From Felis catus (Eukaryota), in NCBI RefSeq assembly GCF_018350175.1, contig NC_058368.1:208694001-208758000 (forward strand): DNA of 64,000 nt, given 5' to 3'. Each line of letters begins with the position of its first letter. The first letter of the stretch is position 1. The notes under the pieces were generated by a model. It made no database searches. It saw nothing but the letters and a program-made list of their open reading frames with translations, and was not told where the DNA came from. Both the position numbers and the translations under genes were made by a program. Positions 1-13,205 of this stretch are shown here, piece after piece.

Positions 1-15
1 GAGTTCTTATAATCG

Positions 16-220
16 GGGGCAACTGGGTGGCTCAGTCAGTTGAGCCTCTGACTTCAGTTCAGGTCATGATCTCACAGTTCATGAGTTCGAGCCCTGCATC
101 AGGCTCGCTGTTGTCAGTATACAGCCCACTTCAGATCCTCTGTTCCCCTCTCTCTCTGCACCCACCCTGCTCATGCTCTCTCTCTCTCAAAAAAATAAGT
201 AAATAAACATTTTTTTTAAA
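16..220 (+). mobile_element. CanSINE (feliform SINEC-type)
   Basis: GGGGC..CTGGGTGGCTCAGTC head, B-box-like GAGTTCGAGCCC, (CT)n, AATAAA tail; TSD GAGTT(C/T)TTATAATC at 1-14 and 223-236. Confidence 0.95.
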
Positions 221-1402
221 AAGAGTTTTTATAATCAGCATTATTAAAGCAAGAGAGTTTACAGCGAGGTTTCACTCTACCTGAACTCTTAATACATTCC
301 CTTTGATTAAGCAAATTATATGTAGAATTCAAACTAACCAAACTGTATTCACATTTTGCAGAATCTAAAGAAGAATCTAAAGCCTTCAATTTAGGAAGTG
401 TTCAGACAGGAGTCTTCCGTTTCTCAGACAGTGACATCTTCTGTGGAGGCGCCACATCCCAGCCCACCTTTCAGGGACATGAAATAAGCAAAGTAAAAGA
501 AAAAGGAAGCAGAGTTTCAGAGAACTGAGTACGAAAACGGGGAACTTGCAGATATGGTATAAGTGCCTATGGCTACGACAGGCTAAGGATGGGAGTTATG
601 GGTAACAGAGAAAGGCAGAGAAAGGCGATGCAGTCAGCGAGAGCACAGCGGAGGCTGCAAAGCCGGGGAAGTGCACAATCCCTGCGGTGCCGTCTGCACC
701 ATTCAGGGAGGCACCCTGTCAACACACTTCCTGCCAGAAGTTTTCACCCCAATCTACTGGAGGATTTTCTCCAGATGAATAAATCTCCAGATACTTATGG
801 AAAATAATATTTGCTTTATAATAAACTTCGCTAGAATGCATTTGCAGAGTACAATGAAGGAGGCCTACACACTTTTCTAAGGACGTAGGTGAAGCATGGA
901 AAAGAGTACTGTAGAAACCCTTCAGCATAGATTAGACCAGACAAAGAACAAAAATATTCTGAGAATTGGTACGGCACCTATTTGCTTTTTCAACAGAGTA
1001 GTAAACTTGTCAGCAATGAAGAAAAAGCACTAATGAAATGAAACTTGGCTCTAAGCATTTGTTATTACTTGAAAAACACTCTCGGGGTTACCTAGAACCC
1101 ACCACAGTATATGTGTTGGAATGTTTCCATTCTCACCAAAAAGGACTGCAAAAGACACCCAGCCTTTGGCTAATGGTTGCTTAGCACAGGGAGCTTCTCA
1201 GCAATACTTCTTGTTTTTAAGAGGACTAGTCCAATTTGGTGACAGTCTGAAATACAAAGCACTTTTTATTGAATTACTTTATAGGAACATATGCTAACAT
1301 ATAGCAAAATGTGCTTTTCCCAGCAGTTTATCTGATACCTATTTTACTTAAGTATAACTTATAATTAGCCTATTGTTTATATGCAAAGTTATTAAACCGA
1401 AT

Positions 1403-1632
1403 GGGGCGCCTGGGTGGCTCAGTCGGTTAAGCGGCCGACTTCGGCTCAGGTCATGATCTCGCGGTCCGTGAGTTCTAGCCCCGCGTCGGGCTCTGTGCTG
1501 ACCGCTCAGAGCCTGGAGCCTGCTTCAGATTCTGTGTCTCCCTCTCTCTGACCCTCCCCTGTTCATGCTCTGTCTCTCCCTGTCTCAAAAATAAATAAAC
1601 GTTAAAAAAAATTTTTTTTTAAATAAATAAAT
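1403..1632 (+). mobile_element. Young CanSINE (SINEC_Fc-like), CpGs intact
   Basis: GGGGCGCCTGGGTGGCTCAGTCGGTTAAGCGGCCGACTTCGG head; many intact CpGs; A-rich tail; short TSD AAAC(C/T)GAA. Confidence 0.97.
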
Positions 1633-1647
1633 AAACTGAAGTCACTA

Positions 1648-1788
1648 GGGGCGCCTGGGTGGCTCAGTTGGTTTAGCGTCCCACTTTTGATTTCGGCACA
1701 GGTCACGATCCACGGTTCATGATATCAAGCCCTGCATCAGATTCCACACTGATAGCACAGGGCCTGCTTGCGATTCATTTTCTCTCCT

Positions 1789-1838
<50 letters not shown>

Positions 1839-1847
1839 CCTTCCCAG

Positions 1848-1878
<31 letters not shown>

Positions 1879-1905
1879 AAATAAATAAACTTAAAAAAAA
1901 AAAAA
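1648..1905 (+). mobile_element. CanSINE with expanded (CT)n
   Basis: SINE head, long (CT)n ~1790-1875, AATAAA and poly(A). Confidence 0.95.
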
Positions 1906-1935
1906 GCTGACATCCTTTAAAAGTTTGTTCTTTCA

Positions 1936-2201
1936 GGGGCACCGGGGTGGTTTAGTCACTTAAATGTCCAACTCTTGATTTCTGCTCAGGTCGTGATCGC
2001 ACAGTTCATGGGTTTGAGCCCTGCATCGGGACTCTGTGCTGACAGCCTGGAGCCTGGAGTCTGCTTCAGATTCTGTGCCTCCCTCTCTCCGCCCCTCCCC
2101 TGCTCACACTCTGTCTCTTTCTCTCAAAATTAAATAGATACATAGAAACATAGATAGGTAGGTAGATAGATAGGTAGATAAAGATAGCCAGACAGATAGA
2201 C
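1936..2201 (+). mobile_element. CanSINE whose tail has become a (TAGA)n microsatellite
   Basis: SINE head and body; TAGA/CAGA repeats ~2134-2201; perfect 14-bp TSD AGTTTGTTCTTTCA at 1922-1935 and 2202-2215. Confidence 0.95.
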
Positions 2202-2789
2202 AGTTTGTTCTTTCACGTAATCTCCATGTTCCTCCCTGGGATCTATTTTTACAGACTCATTTGCATAGAGTTCTTAGTGGTGGTGGTGTTTGGTGGGTTG
2301 ATTTTTTGTTGTTATGCTTTGGTAAGAAAGCAAAAACAAATGTAAGCTTAGCCCATGTCTGTTTTATTTCGAATCCCCTTCCAGTGGGAATTGATGGGAT
2401 TTTATTGCCATGACATTGACACACATGTGTAGTTCTGAATACAGGCAGGACACAGAAAGTAGCGAGAAGAAAGGTGGGGAAACCCAGGGAAAGGCGACAG
2501 AGGACAGAAAGACAGAACAACCAACAATGAGTGTTGTTAGTGGCGCCAGCGTGGAGTTGAATCACTGACCTCAGGGAAAGAAAACCTGAGGCCCCTAGGC
2601 TCCTAAAATACATGGGAACCATTTTAGTCATATTTACATTCAAGAAGCATTTGTGGAAAATGTAATATTCACAAAGTATGGTGCTCCACCATGGGAACAA
2701 ACACAAACAGCAGCATTCTCGTGGCCCCTGTGCTCCAGGGGCCACAGTAAACAAAACCCAATAACGATACTCTTAATAGGTAAAGAGAC

Positions 2790-3640
2790 ACCAGTTGCGA
2801 TTTAGTAAACCAGTGCCCCCCATCTGTTCTTAATACAACAACTGTTTATTTCTCGCTCACGTAACAATGATATGATGCACACATTTTGGGTTAGTTGGCA
2901 GCACTCCACCTAAAGGTGATTCAAAGGCCTACATAAGTCCGTCTGTGGCTTCCATATCTTCAACATTTGGTTACCAAAGTTACACTGAGAATACAGACTG
3001 CCAGTATCAGGTATGAGAGGAGTATTATTATCACCACAGATCCATAATAAATAAACATTATGAAAAACTTTATGCCCACAAATTCTACAACTTGGATGAA
3101 ATGAACAAATGCTTGAAAAACACACCTTACCAATTACTGGGGCAAAATGAAGTAAAAAATCTGAACGGCCCTACAGCTATTAAGTAAATTGAACTGATGT
3201 AAAACCTTCCCACAAACAAAATTCCAGGCCCAGATGGTTCTGCTGGTGAATTCTATCAAATATTTATAGAAGAAATAATTCCAGTCTTCCACAGACTTTT
3301 AGAAAACAAAGGAGGGAATACTTCCTAACTCATTTCATGAGGCCAGCATAACCCTGATACTAAAACCAAATGAAGACATTATAAGAGAAGAAAATTACAA
3401 ATTTCCCTGGGCATCATCTCCATTCCAGCCAGCTGGAAGGGGACACAAGCATAGGTGATTCCATGTGAAAAGCTGTCTTCTGGGCCAGGCCCGTATGCGG
3501 AATGCACTACATCTGTTCACATTCCTTCAGACAGGACTCGGGAGTATGGCTACACCTATTGGCAAAAGAGGTGGGGAAACTTAGTCTAAGCCATGTGTCC
3601 TCAAGAAGAAATGAAACTAATTTGGTGATGCCAGCGATGC
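2790..3640. mobile_element. Old MaLR (MLT1-like) LTR split by an L1 fragment
   Basis: MLT1-like motifs (AATACAACAACTGTTTATTTCTCGCTCAC; TTCACATTCC...GGGAAACTTAGTCT) either side of the L1 piece at ~3020-3400. Confidence 0.55.
3020..3400 (+). mobile_element. Old L1 ORF2 fragment
   Basis: Typical ORF2 sequence: CAACTTGGATGAAATG, CCAGGCCCAGATGG..CTGGTGAATTCTATCAAA, CTCATTTCATGAGGCCAGCATAACCCTGATAC. Confidence 0.9.
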
Positions 3641-3676
3641 AGTGTGACAAACACTGCAAAGAAAGGTCATATAGAC

Positions 3677-3860
3677 GGGGCGCCTGTGTGGCTCAGTCAG
3701 TTAGCTCAGGTCATGATCTCACAGCTCATGAGTTCGAGTCCCCTGTTGGGCTTTGTGCCGACAGCTCAGAGCCTGGAGCCTGCTTCAGATTCTGTGTCTC
3801 CTTCTCTCTCTGCTTCTCCCCCACTCACACTCTGTCTCTTTCTCAAAAATAAATAAACAT

Positions 3861-3891
<31 letters not shown>

Positions 3892-3910
3892 AAGAAGAAG
3901 AAGAAGAAGA
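3677..3910 (+). mobile_element. CanSINE with (GAA)n tail
   Basis: SINE body; pure GAA run ~3862-3910; degenerate TSD AAAG(A/C)A(A)G(G/C)TCATA(T/C)AGA. Confidence 0.95.
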
Positions 3911-6399
3911 AAGCAAGCTCATACAGAGAGCTGGTGGAGCAAGAAGGAAAAGCTGTGACTGGAGAAATGAATGAATGAGCCAGCAGTTAGCTAACAACGT
4001 AAATAGCCTCCCTTAAAATTGCCCCTGCCTAGTTCCAGATGAGGTAGTAACTGTACCAATGGGAATAATGATTTACAAATCACTAATGGGCCCTGTTTCA
4101 GTGTTAACTTGTGGCTCAAACACGGGGTGTGCATTTGCTTTCTGTGGGACTTGGCGGGAAGCCTGGCCTAGAATTAAATGCCGCAGTTCTACGTCAAGCT
4201 GGTGGTATTCTTCTGCAGGCATTTAGCCTACTGCACCCCCCCAAATTTGCTTCCCTTTTTCTTTCTTTGAGACAGTGGGGTGCACGGGAACAGGAGGGAG
4301 CAGGGGGGTGGTAAGTCCAGAAATCCATCCTGGTTGAATTTTATGAAACACTGTGTGGTCTCCCTGCATACATGAAAAGTTGGTAAACTCGTTTTAAAAG
4401 ATAGGAAACTTGTCTCCTTTAAATGTGTGCCACAGGCCTGCCCTGCCTGTTAACTCTCTTCCGTTTTCTATAGCTCTGTTTTTCCTTATTTGCATTCCCC
4501 ATCCTACTAGTTTTCTTACTTCATTTCCTGACCTACCACAAAATACCCCCTTTCCCTCTGAAGAGCTGAAGGAAAGGTAAGCTTTCTGGAGGTTTCTGAG
4601 CATGGCTCGAATCCGACCGTCATTCTGAAAATCAAGATAACGGTTTCCTCCAAACACCAGCAGCACCATGTGGGGAGGAGGATGTTACCACAGTAAAGAA
4701 ACCTGAAAAGCCCGGGTGTTGAACTAAAATGGAATGCAATGACATTTCCAATGTCCTCGTACCTCCTTTCTAATTTCTTCAGTCCCCTGAATGCATCTGC
4801 AAGCATGATGAGTGAGGATTTCTGCTAGTCTTCCCATCTACCACCACCACCACCACCACTACCACCCCCACTATCTCTCTGGGTCACACAGCTTCCCCGA
4901 AACCTGGCAACCACTTTGTGATACAGCAGAATCACAAAGCATCTTTATAAAGCACTCTGAGGAGCCCTGTATGGTGGCAGAAAAATGCCCTCCAGCCACC
5001 CCTTACATTTCATTCCGGTGGTAAGTTTGCCTTCATAAGACACCCTATGTCCAAAACGAACAGCTTAGCCTTGAACTTGTATTTTCATTATTCCTAATGT
5101 ATATTAGGTCCCTTTCTACAGCCAAATTTTAAGTTTCTTGGGGCAAGTCACATCTAATGCTGCTTTGGTACTTCCACAGTGCCACACACAGCCTTGCACA
5201 TAATAGATTCTCAATAACTATACAGTGATGTGATTTAGGTTAAACAAGGATGCAATCACTACATACAAGGTGAACATCCCTGAAAAAGATAATACTGTAA
5301 GCCCATTGTATCATTCAACACCTGCCTTCGAATGGTGTTTCTTGTTTCAGTGTTTGGATTGGGACTGATCATGAGAAGACCCAGAGGAAAACTCAGCACT
5401 GAGAAGAAAGGGTGGGGGAAAGGGAGCCCCTCCCCAAGTGGGGGGAGTGGAAATTTGAGAGAGGTTGGGACTATTCTTTACACTGGTTGTAGGACCATCA
5501 GAGTTCAGAGAACAAACAGTTCCATAGTGGCCTGAGTGGTCAGAAAAGACTTTGTGAAGAAACAGAGCTTCCTCAAGGAACAAGATTTGATTAGGTAGAA
5601 AAATAAGAGAGAACTTTTCTGGCTAAGGGGACAGAAAAGGCAAAGGTAAGGAAGCATGATAGAGTTTGATAAGTCATGTCCTTGAAGAGGTGCTGCAGGC
5701 TCAGTCCACAAATGCTGGAGAGTTATGGGGCATATGTTGGGACAGTTATTGTGAGGTCCATCTATGGGGAACTCTGAAAGCCAGGCATGGGAGCAGGAAG
5801 CTATTATAGGTTCTTAAACTGGGGAAGGCCCTGGGGAAAGTGTTACCTGGGGATGATTCCCCACCATAGGGAACTGCTACTTAACCTCTTAATCCTGCTC
5901 ACTCTATCTGTATAGTTTCTTTGTGAGCTCAAGTATAGTCTGTTCCATCAGAGTCTTGATCTTTGTAAGCTCAACTTAGGCTGAAGATCACTATTAGCTT
6001 TCCCCTCTGGGCCTCAGATTAACCTGTTCCCCCCAGCCCAGTTCCATTTTTAGAGTCCTCTATAGATAGGCTATTATTCATTATTTGCACAGTGGTCTCT
6101 CTTTTTTTTTTTTTTTTTTCTCTCATTTTACAGTATCTGCACAAGCTGGGGAAGCCCAGGTTAGAAATTCTCATATAGCACCAGTGTTGAATATTAGTTA
6201 TTCTTTTAGCCACTGCCACACTAGTGCTGTCCCCCCAAAAGTTATACTAGCCACTAGGATATATATATATATATATATGAAAAGGACACCCACACAAAAG
6301 AAAGGCAATCACAAAGAAATGATACCTGGGATTTCAGAACCTATAAGTTTTACAGCTTCAGCCCAAGTTTTTGGGAACATTTTCTCCCAATCATCATGC

Positions 6400-6670
6400 T
6401 GTGAAGAAGACCCAGCAAAAGGGCCCCATGGAGAAGAACCAAGACCCTGGTTGACAGCCCCAGCTAAGCACCAACTTGCTCGTGGGAGTGAGCCATTTTG
6501 GAAGCATGCCTTCCAGTCTCAAGCAAGCTGACCCAGCTGGCACTATGTAGGTCAGGGACAAGGTGTCCTCACTGAGCCCAGTCCAAATGATCGACTTGTG
6601 AGTAAAAATAAATGATTGTTGTCTTAAGCCACTAAGTACTTGGGGCTATTATACAGCAAATACATAACCA
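6400..6670 (+). mobile_element. MaLR MLT1-type LTR, 3' part
   Basis: GTGAGCCATTTTGGAAG...AATAAATGATTGTTGTCTTAAGCCACTAAG...ATACAGCA terminus typical of MLT1. Confidence 0.8.
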
Positions 6671-6773
6671 TAATATATGTAGAAATCAACCTTGCCTCTC
6701 CTCACACAATTTACACACATACCTCTATCACTACACAGGAATTTCTGCTAATATAATTAATCTGGATCTATGA

Positions 6774-6805
<32 letters not shown>

Positions 6806-6822
6806 GTGTGTGTGTGTGTGTG
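6774..6822. repeat. (TG)n microsatellite
   Basis: Direct read; one C interruption. Confidence 0.98.
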
Positions 6823-7302
6823 TATCAGCATTGTGCCCTGGGTTCCCATTGCATATCAGTATGATAGGCAAGCCTTCTGAAAACTGCCCCAAGGAATCCA
6901 TGTGGTGTGGGTTTCAGTCCCAAGTCTGTGCATGCTAATATATCAGTCAGATGATGTAATCGGTGCCTCAGTGTGTACCTAAATGTCTAGTTCCTGTTAA
7001 AAGGCTGGGCTTCTTAAAAAGTTAAGCTAATGAGAACTTCAGGCACATTAGAAATCTTTAAAGAAGATATATTTAGTCAGTTAATCTCAAATTTCAGGGC
7101 ATGAACAGCTTTCTTTTGGATCCATACTTAAAACCTGACTCTATACCCTAGATTATAAGCCAAATAATCTGCTCTGCAGCTAAACATTGACATCCCTTTC
7201 CTTATATGCAGGGGAAGGCTCAGATTCCCTCATGCTAAGGAGATAGGGCAGGAATACGGGGCAGTAAGAGTAACAGATATTTGTAGCTATGTCTCCCTTA
7301 AA

Positions 7303-7465
7303 CCAATGCTTCTTGAACTGTAATGTACATACAAATCACTTGAGAGTATTGTTAAAATGCATATTCTGCCTCAGTTAGTCCGAGATGGAACCTAAGCTTT
7401 CAGGTTTGTAACGAAGTCCCGGTTGGTGGTCAATGTCACTGTTCTGTGGACCACACCTTAAAGAT
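7303..7465. mobile_element. MER5-type hAT-Charlie MITE
   Basis: AAATCACTTGAGAGTATTGTTAAAATGCATATTCTG...GTGGACCACAC resembles MER5. Confidence 0.75.
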
Positions 7466-7544
7466 CTGACCACCGTCATTAATAGTAAGCCTTCGGTGCC
7501 CCTTATGTAACTTCCTCCAAAGCCTGAGCCTGGCAAAATAGTGT

Positions 7545-7712
7545 CACCACCCCCTCACCACCTTCCCCATCATCACCACCATTTCCACTGTCACCACCGT
7601 CACCTCTCTGACCACCACCATTTCCTTCACCACCTCCACCACTTCCAGTAACACCACCATATCCAGCACCTCTGCTGCCACCACAGTCTCCACCACCACC
7701 ATCGCTCACACC
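7545..7712. repeat. Degenerate (CCA)n low-complexity tract
   Basis: CACCAC-rich trinucleotide repeat; source of the Gly-rich ORF 7503..7709. Confidence 0.9.
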
Positions 7713-9949
7713 ACTCTTCTACCTCAATGCTGCCCATTACAGACCAGCAGAATTACTCAAACAACAGATCATTTATTTATCCAAATAGATTCTTGCTGAG
7801 CATCCCAGAGATGATTTAACCAATAGATAAGGGCACTGAAATCAAAGACAGTCACCTCCAATCGAACAATAACAATGACAAGAACTGAAGATTGGTAGTT
7901 CATCAAGCATAGCCATTTCAGCAGGAAATGCCAGCTCCATCTAACCAAAACAGCTAAAGCACAGCAGATCCAAGAGCAAGGCAGATCCTAATGAAAATAA
8001 TATGGTTGTCATGACACATTTGCCAAAATAGCCACCTTCGTGTCACACATTTTGGACTTGCAAGAGAGTTCGTTCATTTGGAAGGGCAAAAAATGTAAGT
8101 AGGTGGACTTGGCTTACAGCGGAAATAGGTAACTCGTCTGTTACATAAAATTAAAAACAGAAAACTGGGGTCTCTTTCCTAATCATTCTTCCCTCCCTAA
8201 GAAGGTCTCTAGGAGGAGCTGCCAAGTGCACTCAACGTCTGTGTCCACCAAACTCTAATCCCTGGCGAATATAATTTTCATTCTAGAAATGAAAAATCTG
8301 CCCAAGCAGTAGCAGCATGAAGTTCAAAAACATCTGTACTGCTAGGTAAAGATGATCTGTATACATGATGTGGGCAGCGCTGATTTCCTCGACTAAGCTT
8401 CCGAAACGAGAGAAGCTGGGAAGGCAGCAACTCGACTCAGCCGACGTGAACCTTCTGGGGTTTCAGAAGTGATTACGACCAAGTTCTCTAATTGCTTGTG
8501 TGTTTTATTAAGTAGATCCCATTTGAGTCTAAAATCACATGCGATGTTTAAATGTTATTTCTGTAAACTATACAAAACTATAATTTTCCAGTAGAGAAAA
8601 AAAGATGCTGTCAAATAAGAAGAGATATGAAATGAGATCGTTTCCCTTATTTGCGAGACAGATGTTATTTTTGGCTCTTCTGTATAATGCATTCCATATT
8701 ATAGTCTCTTTCTGACCAAACACTAGGAACAGCACATGCTTGCACACAGTGAACCAAAACCATTATCAGGAAAACTTCTTTTTATTAACTCTGACAACTT
8801 TTCAGGTCCCCGGTGCAGAAACCTCAAGCTTTCGGCTGCAAACAGGGCCCGTTATGCCAAGGCGGGATTTTTTCATCCATCTGACATATTCTTGCAACAG
8901 AAATAAAGCTGTACGTTTCCTTCAGAATCTGCCCCTGAGGGTGGGCAAATGATTTTTTTTTCTCTTATCTTTCCTGTGAAGCTCTTGTCCTCTTATGCTG
9001 ACAGATCATAAGATTTTTCTTTATCGCTTTCTTTAGAAAAATGTGGAAAAGGAAGACTGTAAGGATGGCATAAACTTCCACGGGAAAAAAAAAATCCATC
9101 ACACTAACTAGCTGTTCTACTTGTATTTATCTCCAAAAAGTTTGACGCTGAGCAAATATCAGCTGAAACTAATTAGCCCCAGGATAAAAATCTCAATACT
9201 GAACTGGGATGACAAGAATGCAACCAGAAATGAAAAAAATGTACTGGTTGGAAGCAGACGGCAGTTTTGCCAACAACTAATGTGTGCAGAGGGAGAAACA
9301 AATGGTTATTATTAGGCTGACTTAATTTTCAGTTGGAGGTTCTTCTCTGTGATGGAGAAGCTGATGTTCATTTAAATAACTTGACCTCGGCCAACTGCTT
9401 ACACTTCCTGGGTTTGCCAAGGTATTTACTTTGCAGAGTTTTTAAAGATGGTGTCTGCCCTACAACAGCCTGGGGGCACCACCAGCCAAGATAAAGAACA
9501 AACAGATAATAGTTAAAAGGGACAAGAGCCTGGATGCAGGGAATGTGCAGACGCTCTCTCTAAAGTCTGATGTCCTTCACCGTTGCTGACACAGGTATAA
9601 GGAAGGGTTAACACTTGCAGCACGTGGGATTCAGAGGCGACTCAGGCTTCCTCGTTTCACAGAAACGAGAGTTTGGGAAGATTTCTGGGACTACATCTGG
9701 GTCTCTCTTCCCCATGGAGGGAAAGTGGGTGCTGGCAAGAACCCACCAGGTAGACATTCTCTTCCAAATTCACTTGGGAGCACGGTTAACAGTCAAGGGA
9801 ATTAGCCAAGAGTCAAGATGATTTCCCTTCAGTTCTCCCACCCCCTTCTAGTACAAGGATGGTCACCTCAGAGCAGGTAGAGTAGGGGTGCTTACCTCCA
9901 TCCAGTTCATTTCCTCCCAAAAAAACCCTGACAGGACTGGAGCCAGGAT

Positions 9950-10459
9950 ATTGGGGAGGCTCTTCCACTGTGAGGAGGTCAGTCTGCCCTGTTTTAGGGT
10001 CAGGCCACGTCCAAATGCCCTCAACCTACTGAGAGGTCATTTGCAGCTTCAGTAGACAGTTCTTGAATATACCAAAGGCTTCCTCCCTCAGGTATGTGTA
10101 TCGTTCTTTACCTTCAATGTTTACCAGAGCATGCTTGGCCCTTGCAACCAATGAGACACGAAAGCTGGTGAACAGATCCCTCAGCTTTCTTGTCCCTTGG
10201 TGAGGCAGTTCTAAGTTATGTGCCACCCACCCTCTCAGGATTAGCTGCCCACAGAAGCAATGCGCCCATTAGTATCCCTTTGATTTGCTTTCCTCCATGT
10301 TTGTTTGTTTGTTTGGTGGTTTTTTGGTTTTTTTTTTTGTTTTTTTTTGTTTTTGGTCTCTGTCCCCATTACCTTACCCTCTGGATCACCTCCCAAAGAA
10401 ACTAACATCCAAATCCCTGTGTCATAGTCTGCTTTGGAGGGGACTATGAACCAAGACAC
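9950..10459 (+). mobile_element. ERVL LTR16-like solo LTR
   Basis: 3' end GGATCACCTCCCAAA..CCAAATCCCTGTGTC..GTCTGCTTTGGAGGGGAC..CCAAGACA matches the LTR16 terminus as recalled. Confidence 0.7.
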
Positions 10460-11042
10460 TTGCTCTAAGCAACTCCATGTTATATGAAGTTACTCAGGAT
10501 GAGAGTCTGGTATCCAGCTCACACCCAACCACATGGTAAAATATCCCACAAATAACAGCAGCACAGCAGCCTATTAAGGTCCGAGAGAACGCCTCTAGGC
10601 ATAAAGCTGACTTCCAAGGATTGGAAGCATGTACTCCTAAAACAAATATTTATTGAGGGCACGGTAAGTCGGCCTTCACCACTTTGTATGTACAACTACT
10701 GGGTTATTTTTGGTAGCTCTCAGTAGGCCATAGTTAGAGAAAAAGGAGAATGAGTTGCTCCCCCAACCTTTCTAACAGGTTTCGTGAACTAAAATCTGAG
10801 ACCAAATTCAGCCACACACATAGACATTTATTTGCAAGCAGGCAGAAAAACAAACAACCTGTTCCGTAAGCTCAAAGATTTCTGTTCTTTTTAAAGCGTT
10901 GCCCACACCTTGCAATAAACAGTCACCTGGGACTAACAGGATCACATTCCGTAGCAGGTCACAGTTAACCTCTATTGGAGTGAGGCCGCCAAAAACCCAG
11001 GAACCAGTGGCTGGACACAGGACTCCACAGGAGCACACAATA

Positions 11043-11232
11043 AAGGTGTACTAAGACTGACTCATTGAGGCTCTTTCCTATTGACTAGTGCAACTGTGCA
11101 CATCTCTCCCCAATGTCTTCTCAATGGCTTCATGTTGGTATTTGGGCCATGACGGGAATATTTATAATACGGATATCAGCAAACACTAAAAATTTCCCCA
11201 AAGAGCCTGTTAAACATTTACCACTACACTGG
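11043..11232 (+). mobile_element. MER63-like hAT MITE
   Basis: GTGCACATCTCTCCCCAA...GGCCATGACGGGAATATTTA...TGTTAAACATTTACCACTACACTG. Confidence 0.7.
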
Positions 11233-12659
11233 TGGCACCATCCATGAAACCTGACAAATATCTCATAGCCTATTATACAAGAACAAGAAGTACCTCAAAA
11301 AATTTTACACCACTCGCTTATCTTGAATGCCACTATCTTTACTAACATTTATTATGCAATTACTAATGCTTCTAGTACTGACAAGAGATGGCTTATCAAA
11401 GATACTTCTGAAGTGTGACTCTTCTGATTAAATAGAAGCAGACTACTCCTGAGGTATGTATTCCTGATTAGAGCAACTGATCATCTCCAGATTGTAGCTT
11501 AAAGAAACACAGAAACAATGTCATATTCATGATGCTGAAGTAGGTGAAAATAAGTTGCACACATCATAACTGGGGGCTTACTATGTATACCAGGCAGCAG
11601 GCTAGGCATATCTCTACAAGCCCTCAGACCTCACTCCTAGAAGTTTCCTGAGAAGCCATTCATCTAACAAATATGTTTTGAGGAATTACTATTAGTATCT
11701 GTACAAAGTGCTGCAGGAAATCCAAAGATGAGAAAACAAAGGGTCCTGTCCTGGGACTTATAAGTCCCATAGGAATAATGACCACCCCCATCCCCCTCCA
11801 CAAAACTCCTCTAATTCACTTGCGGGAGGCTGATGTATTAAGAACAGAGAGTGCAGAAGGAATGGGGTTCCAAAGGCAGGTCTACTCCACAGAGCTCAAG
11901 AAGCAAAGCAGATCCTGGTGAACCACATGAAGGAAATGATGGATGGGTAGAAGGAGAGAGTGAGGTAGGTAAGGAGGAGCTATCACTAGATTAATGTAGA
12001 TTATGAAAAGGCTTAAGAATTCTATGATCTTAAGACTAACCCCTTAAGCCAAACACAACTAACTTCCACCACTGCTTTCCCCAAATTCTTGGAATTACTA
12101 CTTTCAAGTCAAGAAAAGCATCAGATGGGATGAGTAGCACTGGGGACAGGGTGAGGTCAGGGCTTCCAGATGGTTGAAGTATGCAGGCATGTTGGCCTAC
12201 AGTTCCAAGTAAAGGGAACAACATGTGCAAAATGCAGAGATGGCAAATTTGGAGGACTTTGAGAACACCAGATAACAGTATGTCTTGGGTTTTGAGTTCT
12301 AACCTTAGCTTCATTACTGAATAGCTTCCATGGCCTTGGGCAAGCCACTGAAATCATATGGATCTCAGTTCTTTCTTTATCTATGAAATGGGTAGGTTGG
12401 ATTTTGCCAATTCCTACTCAGATACCTATTCTTCCCATCTTCCATACCAGCAGAACTCCTCTTTAGTTCTGGGAGGCAATGTACCCAGGTGAGGAACTTC
12501 ACTATCTGGTGGCTTCTCCAAGCAGCAGCCCAAGACTAACTCTCTGCCTCTGGACTTATTACTCTGGGAATTCAGCAAAGTCTTATTTGATTAAGCCATT
12601 GCATTTATGCTTCTGTCACATATAACCAAATGCAAACCCAAATCTTGCAACCCAAATCA

Positions 12660-12826
12660 TTTACATATATATAAGTCATTACATACATATAATTATATAT
12701 TAAAATATATAATTAATATATTAATTATAATTAAATATACTGTATAAATTATTAAAATATAAAATATAAATTGTATAAAATAATTATACAAATTATAATA
12801 TATTAATTATAATTAAATATATATAA
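12660..12826. repeat. AT-rich low-complexity tract with a 22-bp perfect palindrome
   Basis: Almost pure A/T; TATAATTAATATATTAATTATA at 12708-12729 is self-complementary. Confidence 0.9.
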
Positions 12827-13205
12827 TGGAATATTACTCAACAATCAAAAAGAACGTAATCTTGCCATTTGCAACAAAGTGGATAGAGCTAGCGTGCATT
12901 ATGCTAAGCAAAATAAGTCAGAGAAAGACAAATACCATATGATTTCACTCATGTGGAATTTAAGAAACAAAACATATGAACAGATGGCGGCAAACCATAA
13001 GAGACTCCTAACTGGAAACAACAAACTGAGGATTGATGGAGGGAAGTGGGGTAGGGAATAGGTTAAATGGTGATGGGTATTAAGGGGGGCACTTGTGATG
13101 AGCACTGGGTGTTACATGTAAGTGATGAATCATTAAATTCTACTCCTGAAACCAATATATGTTAACTAAATAGAACTTAAATTAAAACTTTAGAAAGAAA
13201 AAAGA
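12826..13205 (+). mobile_element. Carnivore L1 3' end
   Basis: AATGGAATATTACTCA..CTTGCCATTTGCAACA..GAGAAAGACAAATACCATATG..GATGAGCACTGGGTGTT..CTACTCCTGAAACCAAT, then A-rich tail. Confidence 0.95.

Noticed and set aside
400..510. Possible - strand acceptor (pyrimidine tract..GAAAG|GTGGG at 467)
   Set aside because: All frames stop soon after and no partner donor or homology can be shown
4394..5024. Overlapping ORFs, a poly-His run and a + strand AAG|GTAAGC donor at ~4576
   Set aside because: No recognisable protein; His run is a CAC repeat; an isolated splice motif is expected by chance
7503..7709. Gly-rich ORF
   Set aside because: Antisense reading of a (CCA)n tract; no exon evidence
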